Shown here piece after piece: positions 9,860 to 20,866 of a DNA stretch of 64,000 bases. The translations under genes were made by a program, and so were the position numbers. This DNA is from a bacterium. Lineage in GTDB: Bacteria; Patescibacteriota; Microgenomatia; Levybacterales; UBA12049. Location of the stretch: the NCBI GenBank assembly GCA_021780675.1, contig JAJXYH010000013.1, positions 593 through 64,592 of the forward strand. The letters run 5' to 3'. Each line of letters opens with the position of its first letter. Within the stretch, counting starts at the first letter, position 1. The notes under the pieces are model-generated. The model was not told where the DNA came from. It saw only the letters and a program-made list of their open reading frames with translations, and ran no database searches.

Positions 9860-10938
9860 TGGAAAATTTAATCCAAATTATTTTTTTTCCGTTTTTAACA
9901 TCTCTTATAGTTACTGCAGTTACAACGCCTTTTATATTACGAATTCTCAAAAAGTTTAACATTGTGGATGATCCAAATAAACATAAACATCCTGCAATAA
10001 TTCACAAAATACCGGTGCCAAGAGGCGGTGGTATACCTCTTTTTATCGGTGCATTTGTGGCAAGCATATTCTTTCTTCCATTTGATAAAGTTTTAATTGC
10101 TACATTTATAGCGAGTTTTATTTCGCTTACGGTTGGAGTATTAGATGATAAATTCGATATCTCCCCTTATTTAAGATTTTTTGTAAATATATTTTGCGCA
10201 ATATTTGTTGTAGCTATGGGAGTAAGCATTCCTTTTATAACCAATCCTTTCGGGGGAATATTATTTTTAAATAATTTTCATCTACCATTTCTTAATAATA
10301 TTTCCATGCCGTTTTTCTCGGAGCTAATTGCAATTGTCTGGATTGTTTGGGTTATGAACATGTTAAATTGGAGTAAGGGAGTTGATGGTCAAATGCCGGG
10401 AATTGTAGCCATTTCCGCAATAACCATTGGCATTCTTAGCCTAAGGTTTTCCCATTTAGACGTTTCAAGTCAAACTGCAGCAACTCTTTCTTTTATAATT
10501 GCCGGTGCTTCGTTGGGTTTTTTAATATTTAATTTTTCTCCGGCTAAAATATTCCCGGGATACGGTGCAACTAGTATATATTTGCTTTTAGCAATTGCGT
10601 CAATTTTATCAGGAGCAAAACTTGCAACTGCAATACTTGTTATGGGAGTTCCTATGACCGACGGATTATTTACAATACTTAGAAGGATTTTGTCGGGAAA
10701 ATCACCCTTTTGGCATGATAAAAAACATCTTCACCATTTGTTATTGGGTTTAGGATTAAGCCAAAGGCGCGTTGCATTGTTTTATTGGATTATTTCTGCT
10801 ATATTAGGCACAATATCATTAGTTCTTTCCAGTAAGGGTAAGCTTTTTGCGATAATAATGTTAGTAATTTTAGTAGGTGGATCATTATTATTTTTACATT
10901 ACTTAATTAATAAAACCAATAATGAAACTAATTTATAA
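9859..10938 (+). CDS. Polyprenyl-phosphate HexNAc-1-phosphate transferase (MraY/WecA/TagO family)
   Basis: PRGGG, GVLDD, NMLNWSKGVDG, FNFSPAKIFPG, HLHH. Confidence 0.9.
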   Translation: MENLIQIIFFPFLTSLIVTAVTTPFILRILKKFNIVDDPNKHKHPAIIHKIPVPRGGGIPLFIGAFVASIFFLPFDKVLIATFIASFISLTVGVLDDKFDISPYLRFFVNIFCAIFVVAMGVSIPFITNPFGGILFLNNFHLPFLNNISMPFFSELIAIVWIVWVMNMLNWSKGVDGQMPGIVAISAITIGILSLRFSHLDVSSQTAATLSFIIAGASLGFLIFNFSPAKIFPGYGATSIYLLLAIASILSGAKLATAILVMGVPMTDGLFTILRRILSGKSPFWHDKKHLHHLLLGLGLSQRRVALFYWIISAILGTISLVLSSKGKLFAIIMLVILVGGSLLFLHYLINKTNNETNL

Positions 10939-11860
10939 CATATTAAGACTTTTAAGACCCAGGCAATGGGTAAAAAACTTCGCTCTCTTTGCGGCAATTA
11001 CATTTGCCGGACAACTCTTTAATCCACCCGTATTTGAAAAAGTGGTATTTAGCTTTTTTGTTTTCTGCGGAATTGCAAGCTCTACATATATTATGAATGA
11101 TATCTTTGATGCTAAAAAAGATAGGCTACACCCGTTTAAAAAATTTAGGCCTATTGCTCATGGTGATGTGCCAATACCCTTTGCAACCGGTCTTGCATTA
11201 TTTTTAATTTTCATATCATTAATAGTAGCCAGAGCTATTACTCCCGGATTTTTTGCTTTATCCATACTTTATTTGCTAATACAGTTTATGTATTCAGGTT
11301 TTTTAAAAACAATTGCTGTAATCGACATACTTTTAATTGCAACCGGATATATTTTAAGAGTTTATGCGGGAGAGTTTGCAAGTGGATTTCATATTTCGGT
11401 TTGGCTATTATTAACAACTATCTCTATCTCGCTTTTTTTGGCAATCGGAAAAAGAAGGTCGGAATTAACGCTTTTATCTCACGAAAAGAATTTGAGTCTA
11501 TCCGAAACACGGGCATCATTAACCCATTATTCGGAAAAATTACTTGATGTATATGCATCAATCTTTGCAACTTCAACTTTTATTTCTTACTCTCTTTTTA
11601 CCTTTTTGGAAAATCCCGGCGGATTTAAATTATCTTTCGGAGTTTTGCTCCCCGATTTTCTGCCCACGTTTTTACAACGCAAGTGGTTAATGATTACTAT
11701 TATTCCTGTTGTTTACGGACTAATGAGATATATTCAGGATATTTATGAAAAGGATGAAGGCGAAAGCCCTGAAAAAGTTCTTTTTTCAGACAAACCATTG
11801 TTAGTAACTGTAGCTATTTGGACAGTCTTAGTAGTTTTTCTTGTATATTTTGTCTCCTAA
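10922..11860 (+). CDS. UbiA-family decaprenyl-phosphate phosphoribosyltransferase-like protein
   Basis: RPRQWVKN, NDIFD..KDRLHPFKKFRPIA, LRVYAG, KRRSE. Confidence 0.88.
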   Translation: MKLIYNILRLLRPRQWVKNFALFAAITFAGQLFNPPVFEKVVFSFFVFCGIASSTYIMNDIFDAKKDRLHPFKKFRPIAHGDVPIPFATGLALFLIFISLIVARAITPGFFALSILYLLIQFMYSGFLKTIAVIDILLIATGYILRVYAGEFASGFHISVWLLLTTISISLFLAIGKRRSELTLLSHEKNLSLSETRASLTHYSEKLLDVYASIFATSTFISYSLFTFLENPGGFKLSFGVLLPDFLPTFLQRKWLMITIIPVVYGLMRYIQDIYEKDEGESPEKVLFSDKPLLVTVAIWTVLVVFLVYFVS

Positions 11861-12705
11861 GGATGTTTTTGCGCGTATTGTGAGCTTATCCACCCGTTGC
11901 TACCATCAGATAATTTTATTTCATACCATCCTGTTTTTTCATCTAAAAGTTCGTATGTTTCACCCGGTTTTACCTGAGATATTTCTGCAGCGGAAAGACT
12001 TGCATCTTGTCTAACCCTTAAAAACCCGGTTGGCGTTTGTAATATTAACACTGCTTGTGTATTTGATTTTACTCCGGACTGAAGTTCTGACGGCATCGTA
12101 AGCGCCGAACTTGAGGCGTTAAAATCGGGATCTATCCCTAAATAAATCAAGGCTTCCAGTTTATATCCCAAAACACTTCTAACTCTTATAATTTTATCTT
12201 TGTATCCTTTATAAGAAACTTCTAATTCATGATCACTTTCTTTAACATTTTTAATAATTTGGGGACTTACTCCTTGTAACTTACTGTCTAAAAAAACTTG
12301 TGCGCCGGATGGAGAGGTCACAACGGCAATTTGAGCATCATTTTTATTGTCTATCGAAGATAAACTAATAATACTTGCATTACCCAAACCTTTTTCTGCA
12401 AAATTTTTATCAACTACGGTTAATGTTTTAGGGGAAATGGTAACTGTCTGTTCAAAAGGATTAGCACTGCCAGACTGTGGCACTAACTTAAGAGTATAAC
12501 TTCCTTGATAAAGCATGTCTTTTAAATCACATTTACAAAGTGGTGTTACTCCAACTAACTTATCGTTTAAATAAACTTTTGAGTTGGGATTTGAAGTAAT
12601 CTGCAAAGCACCTTTGCCTTTATTTAATATAAATAAATATGAAATTACTATGAATACTAAAACTGCTGCCAGAATTGTAAGAAAAACATATAAAAATTTC
12701 TTCAT
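11857..12705 (-). CDS. Exported PEGA-repeat and SH3 domain protein
   Basis: N-terminal TM, two PEGA-like repeats (SNP.SKVYL..GVTP; TSPSGAQVFLD), C-terminal SH3b (LRVR..WYEI..GWIS). Start set to ATG 12705. Confidence 0.85.
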   Translation of the reverse strand: MKKFLYVFLTILAAVLVFIVISYLFILNKGKGALQITSNPNSKVYLNDKLVGVTPLCKCDLKDMLYQGSYTLKLVPQSGSANPFEQTVTISPKTLTVVDKNFAEKGLGNASIISLSSIDNKNDAQIAVVTSPSGAQVFLDSKLQGVSPQIIKNVKESDHELEVSYKGYKDKIIRVRSVLGYKLEALIYLGIDPDFNASSSALTMPSELQSGVKSNTQAVLILQTPTGFLRVRQDASLSAAEISQVKPGETYELLDEKTGWYEIKLSDGSNGWISSQYAQKHP

Positions 12706-12773
12706 CAAAGTATTTTAACATTATAACTTAAAAGGGGGTATAAAAAAACTGTTTACTCCGAATATTTATTGTA

Positions 12774-14411
<1,638 letters not shown>

Positions 14412-14708
14412 TTATTCTACAATTGCCAAAATATCTTTTTGTTCAACTAAGATTAATTCCTCGCCATTGACTTTAATTTCATTTCCTCCCCATTTTTTAT
14501 ACATAACTTTTTGACCAACTTTAACAACTATTTTTTCAACTTCTCCTTTTGGCATTACTTTACCCGGCCCAACTGCAACAATTTCTCCCATTTGCGGTTT
14601 TTCTTTAGCAGAATCGGGAAGTAAAATCCCGGATGCGGTTTTCTCTTCGGCCTCTAAAGGCCTTACTAAAATATTGTCAAAAAGCGGTTGAATTTTTGTT
14701 TTTGCCAT
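14412..14708 (-). CDS. groS: Co-chaperonin GroES
   Basis: PLFDNILV, TASGILLPDSAKEKP; adjacent to groL. Confidence 0.98.
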   Translation of the reverse strand: MAKTKIQPLFDNILVRPLEAEEKTASGILLPDSAKEKPQMGEIVAVGPGKVMPKGEVEKIVVKVGQKVMYKKWGGNEIKVNGEELILVEQKDILAIVE

Positions 14709-14717
14709 AAAATTAAA

Positions 14718-14772
14718 ATATCAGTTGATTGTCTAGAGTGCTAGTTTAGCAGATACCCATTTTTTTTGTCAA
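14718..14772 (-). promoter_or_regulatory. groESL sigma70 promoter with degenerate CIRCE element
   Basis: TTGACA (14772-14767), 18 nt spacer, TG-C-TAAACT; then CTAGCACTC-N9-AACTGATAT vs CIRCE consensus TTAGCACTC-N9-GAGTGCTAA. Confidence 0.6.
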
Positions 14773-14827
14773 GGGTTTAAATTAACCCAGTTGACAAATA
14801 AACAAAACATTGTGAATAATATTATTG

Positions 14828-15565
14828 ATGGCAAAATCAATAAAGTTTAGGGAAAGGTTTCCGCATTTTGGAATTTTCTTAGTTATTGCAATTGCACTCG
14901 CAATCCCATTCACCGTTTGGTCTTTAAATAATATACAAACACAAACTCAGCAATATGCCGCAATGCCATCTTATTACTATTCTCAGTATAGTTCTTCTTG
15001 GCAAACATCAACCTGTCATCTGGCTACATATGGCTGTTTTGAAACCTCTCTAGCAATGACTTTAAAGAAATATATCAGTGATACATACAATCCACTGAGC
15101 GTCGCTAAGTCTGTTAGCCAAGGGTGTACAAGTGGTACCAACTTAAGTGAACAAGATTCCATTATGACCGGCTATGCAAGAAATAAAGGCTTGACAACCG
15201 TTATATTAAGAGGAAGCGATAAATCTACAAAAATACTTAATTATGGGAGTAAATACTTTAATTATTCATTAGCAAAAAATTATATCGATAAGGGATATAC
15301 ATTAATACTTAGCGGATGTATGAAATTTTACAATACTAATGGTACTTTATCGTCTTATCCACTTTCACATGCGATTGTCGTAATTGATGTAAACACATCA
15401 ACTCATGTACTTACTGTACTTGACCCAACAAAAGAAAATGGTATTAGATATTTTAATGGTAACTCTGAAATCCTAAGTTGTCCAAACGTAGTAAATGGAT
15501 GGGTTTCTGCATATGCCATAAAAAACCAAAGTAGTGGATGTATAACGAAGTATTGTCCGCTTTAA
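14828..15565 (+). CDS. Membrane-anchored papain-like cysteine peptidase (C39-like)
   Basis: YYSQ..W, YGCFETSLAM (catalytic Cys), HAIVV (His), LDP; N-terminal TM. Confidence 0.75.
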   Translation: MAKSIKFRERFPHFGIFLVIAIALAIPFTVWSLNNIQTQTQQYAAMPSYYYSQYSSSWQTSTCHLATYGCFETSLAMTLKKYISDTYNPLSVAKSVSQGCTSGTNLSEQDSIMTGYARNKGLTTVILRGSDKSTKILNYGSKYFNYSLAKNYIDKGYTLILSGCMKFYNTNGTLSSYPLSHAIVVIDVNTSTHVLTVLDPTKENGIRYFNGNSEILSCPNVVNGWVSAYAIKNQSSGCITKYCPL

Positions 15566-17292
15566 CTCTGAAGCATCGACAATAGTGCTTTTTGGGGAAT
15601 TTCAACTTTGGATACATTAATCATACGCACCTTACCTTTTTTCTGAGCTTCTAATAATTTATCTTTTCTTGTTCTATCTCCACCCGACATTTTTGCTAAA
15701 ACGTCTTTTCTGTAAGGAGGAATTTCAGTTCTTGCGACTATTTTTGTACCAACTGCCGATTGTATGATTTGTCTAAATTGTTGTCGTGGTAAAAATTCCT
15801 TAAGCTTCTCTGTCTTTTCTCTTCCCACATGATCAATTTCATCTTTATAAACAAGCTCCGACAGGACATCAATCACGTTTTCATTTATCAAAATATCCAT
15901 TTTAACTAAATTTGCTTCTTTAAAACCGGTAATTTCATAATCAAGACTTGCAAAACCCTGAGAGACACTTTTAAGCTCCGACGACAAACCCCTGATAAAC
16001 ATCGAGTAAGGCATTTCGTATTCTAGTATTGCGTTATCTTTATGGTAAGTAATATTTAAAAGAATTCCTTTTTTGTTTTGAGCAACTGTCATCACACCTC
16101 CAACGTAAGATGAGGGAACAAAGATAGTTAAATTCATAACCGGTTCGTAGATTTTTTCTCCCTCTTCTTTATATAAAACCCGTGGCATCGTTAATAATGG
16201 GTCTACAGCACCTTCCTGCGTAAGTCTTTCTTTAACAATTTCCGCGTGTAGTAACCCCAAAAAACCAACTCGAAAACCACTTCCTAAAAAAGCCGAATGT
16301 TCATTTGCAACAGTTAATGATCCATCATTTAAAGAAAGCTTGTTTAACGCCTCCCTAAGATGAATATAATCATTTGTACTTTTAGGATAAATTCCAAAAA
16401 ATACCATCGGCTTAGGTAAAGAATATCCGGGAAGCGGCATAACCAATTCTTTGGTGTTTTGAAAGGTAATAGTATCCCCAACTCTTGTTTGCCTGATATC
16501 CTTGATTCCTGTCACAACATATCCTATTTGTCCCGCTACTATTTCTTTCTGAGAAATAAGGAAGGGAGAAAAAAATCCAACCTCAGAAACATCAATCTTT
16601 GTCCCGGTTTGAATAAATTCCAATTTATCCTGTTTTTTTATTAGGCCATCAAATAACTTTATAAAAATAATGACTCCTCTATGCTCATCAAATGCGGCAT
16701 CAAAAACCAATCCTCTAAGAGGTTTGTTTAAATCTGCGCTGGGCGGGGGTACTTTTTTAATAACTTCTTCCAAAAGCTCTCTGGTACCTTCGCCTGTTTT
16801 TGCAGATATATATAATATCTCTTCCTCCCTAAAACCGAATATCTCTATCATACTTTTAGCAACAATTTCTTTATTTGAAGAGGGAAGATCGATTTTATTT
16901 ATTACAGGAATTACCTTAAGACTCTCTTTTTTAGCAGTGTTGTAATGAGCGACTGTCTGCGCTTGGATCCCTTTTGTTGCGTCAACTAAAAGTATTGCCC
17001 CTTCACAAGCAGCTAAAGTCCTTGAAACTTCGTAAGAAAAATCCATATGCCCGGGGGTATCAATTAGATTAAGACTATATTCTTCTTCGTTAAATTTATA
17101 TTGCATTCTTACCGGAGCAAGTTTAATAGTAATACCCCTTTCTCTTGAAATAGGATTTTGATCTAAAAATTGTTCTTTTAATTTATCTTTAGATATCGTA
17201 CTTGTTATTTCTAAAAATCTATCGGCAAGCGTGGACTTTCCGTGATCAATATGTGCAATAATGGCAAAATTTCTAATATTTTTGGGTTTCAT
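15562..17292 (-). CDS. lepA: Elongation factor 4 (LepA)
   Basis: IAHIDHGKSTLADR, ERGITIK, DTPGH, GFLGLLH, RKDVLAK..GGD. Start set to ATG 17292. Confidence 0.97.
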   Translation of the reverse strand: MKPKNIRNFAIIAHIDHGKSTLADRFLEITSTISKDKLKEQFLDQNPISRERGITIKLAPVRMQYKFNEEEYSLNLIDTPGHMDFSYEVSRTLAACEGAILLVDATKGIQAQTVAHYNTAKKESLKVIPVINKIDLPSSNKEIVAKSMIEIFGFREEEILYISAKTGEGTRELLEEVIKKVPPPSADLNKPLRGLVFDAAFDEHRGVIIFIKLFDGLIKKQDKLEFIQTGTKIDVSEVGFFSPFLISQKEIVAGQIGYVVTGIKDIRQTRVGDTITFQNTKELVMPLPGYSLPKPMVFFGIYPKSTNDYIHLREALNKLSLNDGSLTVANEHSAFLGSGFRVGFLGLLHAEIVKERLTQEGAVDPLLTMPRVLYKEEGEKIYEPVMNLTIFVPSSYVGGVMTVAQNKKGILLNITYHKDNAILEYEMPYSMFIRGLSSELKSVSQGFASLDYEITGFKEANLVKMDILINENVIDVLSELVYKDEIDHVGREKTEKLKEFLPRQQFRQIIQSAVGTKIVARTEIPPYRKDVLAKMSGGDRTRKDKLLEAQKKGKVRMINVSKVEIPQKALLSMLQS

Positions 17293-17303
17293 ACGAAGCA
17301 ATT

Positions 17304-18971
17304 CTAAGGGTTAAACTTGTTTCCGTCAATTGTTTCTTCCGATTTTTTAAGAATCTGTCTCCAATCACCGAACTTTTTGAAAAGCATAATAAACATTGTT
17401 GCCTCTTTAACGTCAAATAGCCAGGTTAAGAAAAGGTACAGACAAAGTCCGACAAAACTTGAAATTCCGGTTAGAAGCAAAAGGTTAATCGTTTTTGTGG
17501 TATCAAAAACCAACTGATCTAAAAGTTTTATGGGAATATAAAGTGCAAAAGCCGTAAAAGCTGTAGAAATAAATATTTGGGAAGTTGTAATAATTAAATG
17601 TCTTTTTTCAAATCCTTTTACTTTAATATCCAATAAGATAAACATAATAATTAAATTGATAACCGATGCAATCGAAAAAGCCAAAGCTATTGCTTGTATT
17701 CCAAAATGGTAATAGAAAACAAAAATACTTCCTAAAATAATCATAATGGCGGTTGAAAATACCCCAACCGAAAGAGGAGTTTTTGTATCATGTAATGCAT
17801 AAAACCCTCTTGAAACCAAATATATTAAGGCTTGCGAAAAAATTGAAATACTAAAAAAAGCTAAAGTTCTTCCCGTAGCAACAGTTGCATCCCAATCAAA
17901 TTGAGCGGCTCCAAAGACAAGTCTTACAATCGGAATCCTTAATACCAGAAAAAGTACGGAAAACGGCAGGATTAAATATAAAAGCTGATTAAAACTGGTA
18001 ATAAAAGTTGTTTTAAATGCCTCAAGATTATCCTTTTCTTTGGAAAGAACCGGGAATGCAGCCTGTGCAATAGCTTGTCCAAATAAAACTACGGGGGCAA
18101 AAGCAAGTGTTTGTGCATAATCAAAGATTACATAATTCCTACCCGGGTTTTGTAAAAATGACACCATGGTAACGGTAATAACCGTTCCCAACTGAAAAAC
18201 AGCAATTGAAAGCGTCCTTGGCCAAATTAATTTAAACACATCTATAACACCGGACGTTCTTATAAATTCCGGCGAAAGATTTGGGATAAAGGAAAATCCC
18301 ATTTTTTTAACAAAAGGTATTTGAATTAAAACGAAAATTAATGCTCCTAAGATTACCCCAAGCGCAGCTGAATAAATTCCTACAAATGGTGAAAATATAA
18401 TAATTCCAATGATGATTCCCAAGTTATATAAGGCAGAGGCTATACCCGGGATAAAAAAATGATTATAAGATTGTAAAACCGCCGAAAAAAAGCTTCCAAC
18501 TATAAAAAGCATTTCCCCAAAAATTATTATTCTTGTTAGAGATGCCATTAGAGCCAGCTGGTCAGGAGGAAAACCCGGGGCCATAAGAGATGAAAACTGT
18601 TTTGCAAAAATAAATAATACTATCGATAAAGCGGCGAATACTAAAAGACTAATCGCTAAAAGCGTAGAAGCTACTTTATGTGCCTCATGCTCCTTGTTCT
18701 TTGCCAGGTAATCTGAAAAAACAGGTATAAAAGCGGATGATAAAGCTCCGGCAATAATTAGTTGAAACAAAAAGTCTGGAAGTCTTGTTGAGGCAAGATA
18801 AACACCAAGTGTGTTTGATGCACCAAAAATAGAAACTAGAAGTCTTTGTCTAAAAAGTCCTAGAATTTGCGAAAAAACAATTGTTCCCATGATTACAACA
18901 GCTGCAGTAATAATGTTATTTTGCTGTTTGAGAAGAAAATTTAAGCTTTTTTTAATAAAATCACCCGGCAT
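17304..18971 (-). CDS. murJ: Lipid II flippase MurJ/MviN
   Basis: RLPD..GALSSAFIPVF, RGFYALHDTKTP; about 14 TM. Confidence 0.93.
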   Translation of the reverse strand: MPGDFIKKSLNFLLKQQNNIITAAVVIMGTIVFSQILGLFRQRLLVSIFGASNTLGVYLASTRLPDFLFQLIIAGALSSAFIPVFSDYLAKNKEHEAHKVASTLLAISLLVFAALSIVLFIFAKQFSSLMAPGFPPDQLALMASLTRIIIFGEMLFIVGSFFSAVLQSYNHFFIPGIASALYNLGIIIGIIIFSPFVGIYSAALGVILGALIFVLIQIPFVKKMGFSFIPNLSPEFIRTSGVIDVFKLIWPRTLSIAVFQLGTVITVTMVSFLQNPGRNYVIFDYAQTLAFAPVVLFGQAIAQAAFPVLSKEKDNLEAFKTTFITSFNQLLYLILPFSVLFLVLRIPIVRLVFGAAQFDWDATVATGRTLAFFSISIFSQALIYLVSRGFYALHDTKTPLSVGVFSTAIMIILGSIFVFYYHFGIQAIALAFSIASVINLIIMFILLDIKVKGFEKRHLIITTSQIFISTAFTAFALYIPIKLLDQLVFDTTKTINLLLLTGISSFVGLCLYLFLTWLFDVKEATMFIMLFKKFGDWRQILKKSEETIDGNKFNP

Positions 18972-19011
18972 ATGTATTGTTTTTTACAGTATAGCATGCT
19001 AAAATACCCGC

Positions 19012-19329
19012 ATGCCAGTAATAAAGTCTGCCAGAAAAAAGTTAAGAAAAGACAGAAAAAGGGAAAAACTAAATAGCGTCGTCAAAGAAGGTTATAGGAG
19101 TGCTGTTAAGAAAGCTCAAAAAAGCAAAACTCCGGAAAATGTTAAACTTGCTGTAAAGCTTATTGACAAAGCTACTAAAAAAAGACTCCTTCATAAGAAT
19201 AAAGCTGCAAGATTAAAATCCAAATTAAGCAAGTTGGCAAAACCCGCATCAAAATCAAATACATTAGCTAATTCTGCTGCTAAAAAGATCTCAAAACCAG
19301 CTTCAAAAAAACTCCCCAAAAAGAAATAA
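19012..19329 (+). CDS. rpsT: 30S ribosomal protein S20 with Lys/Ala-rich C-terminal extension
   Basis: MPVIKSARK, IDKA..LHKNKAARLKS. Confidence 0.95.
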   Translation: MPVIKSARKKLRKDRKREKLNSVVKEGYRSAVKKAQKSKTPENVKLAVKLIDKATKKRLLHKNKAARLKSKLSKLAKPASKSNTLANSAAKKISKPASKKLPKKK

Positions 19330-19386
19330 TTTTAACCTTAATTCAGCTTTGACAAACAGACAAAAAAACCGTAGACTAAAATTAGT

Positions 19387-19950
19387 ATGTGGAAAAAATC
19401 TTCCTCTATAAATTTAGTAAAAAAGGACAATAATCAGCTTGCAAATCAGGTCATAAACTGGGCACTAACTATTGGAAGATTAATGGTAATAATTGTTGAA
19501 ATTATTGCTCTTTCGGCATTTATATATAGATTCTATTTAGATAATCAATTAAGAGACATTAATGCGAAAATTCAACAAGATCAGGCTGTTTTAAGTTCCC
19601 AGAGGCAAAAAGAGGTAGAGTATAGAAACCTACAAGATCGCCTAAATTTAGAATCTTTAATTGTTAACCAGGGAAAACAACAATTAAATACATTTAAAGA
19701 AGTAATTGGATTAACCCCTCAAGGAATAAGCTATACAAACTTTTCGTTAATAGGTAACCAATTAAATATTCAGTTAAACACTTCTTCCGTCTTTCCACTT
19801 AGTGCACTTGTTGATCAATTAAGAAAGTATCCCCAGACCGATTTTATCAGTATAAATACAATTGAAAATAGAGCTTCAACCACGGTAATAAGCGTTGGAC
19901 TAACTGTAAATCTTAAAACTAAAGGAGGGATTATAAATGGCGGGAATTAA
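19387..19950 (+). CDS. Type IV pilus assembly protein, PilN-like
   Basis: INL N-terminal motif, TM, coiled coil, TPQGI ferredoxin-like domain; precedes a PilO-like gene. Confidence 0.7.
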   Translation: MWKKSSSINLVKKDNNQLANQVINWALTIGRLMVIIVEIIALSAFIYRFYLDNQLRDINAKIQQDQAVLSSQRQKEVEYRNLQDRLNLESLIVNQGKQQLNTFKEVIGLTPQGISYTNFSLIGNQLNIQLNTSSVFPLSALVDQLRKYPQTDFISINTIENRASTTVISVGLTVNLKTKGGIINGGN

Positions 19951-20569
19951 AGAATTAATCTTAAAAAGTGTTAAACAAGACAGATACCAAAAATATGTAG
20001 AGCTTATACCGGAATTAAAATCGGAAAAAAGTGAGAAAATGGTCATGGTAATTTTAACCATTGTAGCTTTTATAGTTTTAGGTCTATTTGCAATAAAACC
20101 AACTCTTTCAACAATTGCAAGTCTACAAAAACAAGTGAATGATAGTAAATACTTCGAGTTTAGATTGGAAGAAAAAATAAATAATCTTTCGCTTTTGGAT
20201 CAGAAATACCACAGCATTATACAAGATTTACCGTTAATTTATGACGCAGTACCAGCTACTCATCAAATAGCTACACTTGCGGCAACGATTCAAACTATTG
20301 CTACCCCTTCTGGTATAAATCTTGTAGACTTAGAGGTTCAAAATGCCGATATTTCAAAAAATGCTATTGCATCAAAAAAATATTCCAGTTTTGACTTTAC
20401 AGTTGGTGCTCAGGGAAATTACCAAGATCTTATTGACCTTACCGGTAATATTATAACTTTTCAAAGAATCTTAACACTTAAAAGCATATCTATTGTAAAA
20501 TCTACTACAGTTAAGCAAGAGGCAACTTTACAGTTGAATGTATCTGGAAATGCTTATTTCAAACCTTAA
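19937..20569 (+). CDS. pilO: Type IV pilus assembly protein PilO
   Basis: TM, coiled coil, AVP, G.Y..L..F.R motif, C-terminal AYF. Confidence 0.75.
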   Translation: MAGIKELILKSVKQDRYQKYVELIPELKSEKSEKMVMVILTIVAFIVLGLFAIKPTLSTIASLQKQVNDSKYFEFRLEEKINNLSLLDQKYHSIIQDLPLIYDAVPATHQIATLAATIQTIATPSGINLVDLEVQNADISKNAIASKKYSSFDFTVGAQGNYQDLIDLTGNIITFQRILTLKSISIVKSTTVKQEATLQLNVSGNAYFKP

Positions 20570-20572
20570 TTT

Positions 20573-20866
20573 ATGAAAAAAAAGGATTTACTAATTATTC
20601 TTATTCCGACACTTATATTTGTTATTGCCTGGATTGGCTTTAGCATCTATGACAGTGCAGTAACTTCCACAATTTCATCACAAGAAGTTTCACAAATTAC
20701 GCCTATTGATCCAACTTTTAATACAGCTGTAATTTCTGAACTTAAAAAACGTAACAGAATTGAACCTAAATATGTAACATCGGAGACTCCAAGTCCAACA
20801 CCATCACCAAAGCTTACGAATACAAAAAATGCCGAAGCAACTAGCGGAGGGGCATTAAAACCATGA
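20573..20866 (+). CDS. Small membrane-anchored protein following pilO
   Basis: N-terminal TM, PIDPTFN, PSPTPSP linker. Confidence 0.7.
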   Translation: MKKKDLLIILIPTLIFVIAWIGFSIYDSAVTSTISSQEVSQITPIDPTFNTAVISELKKRNRIEPKYVTSETPSPTPSPKLTNTKNAEATSGGALKP

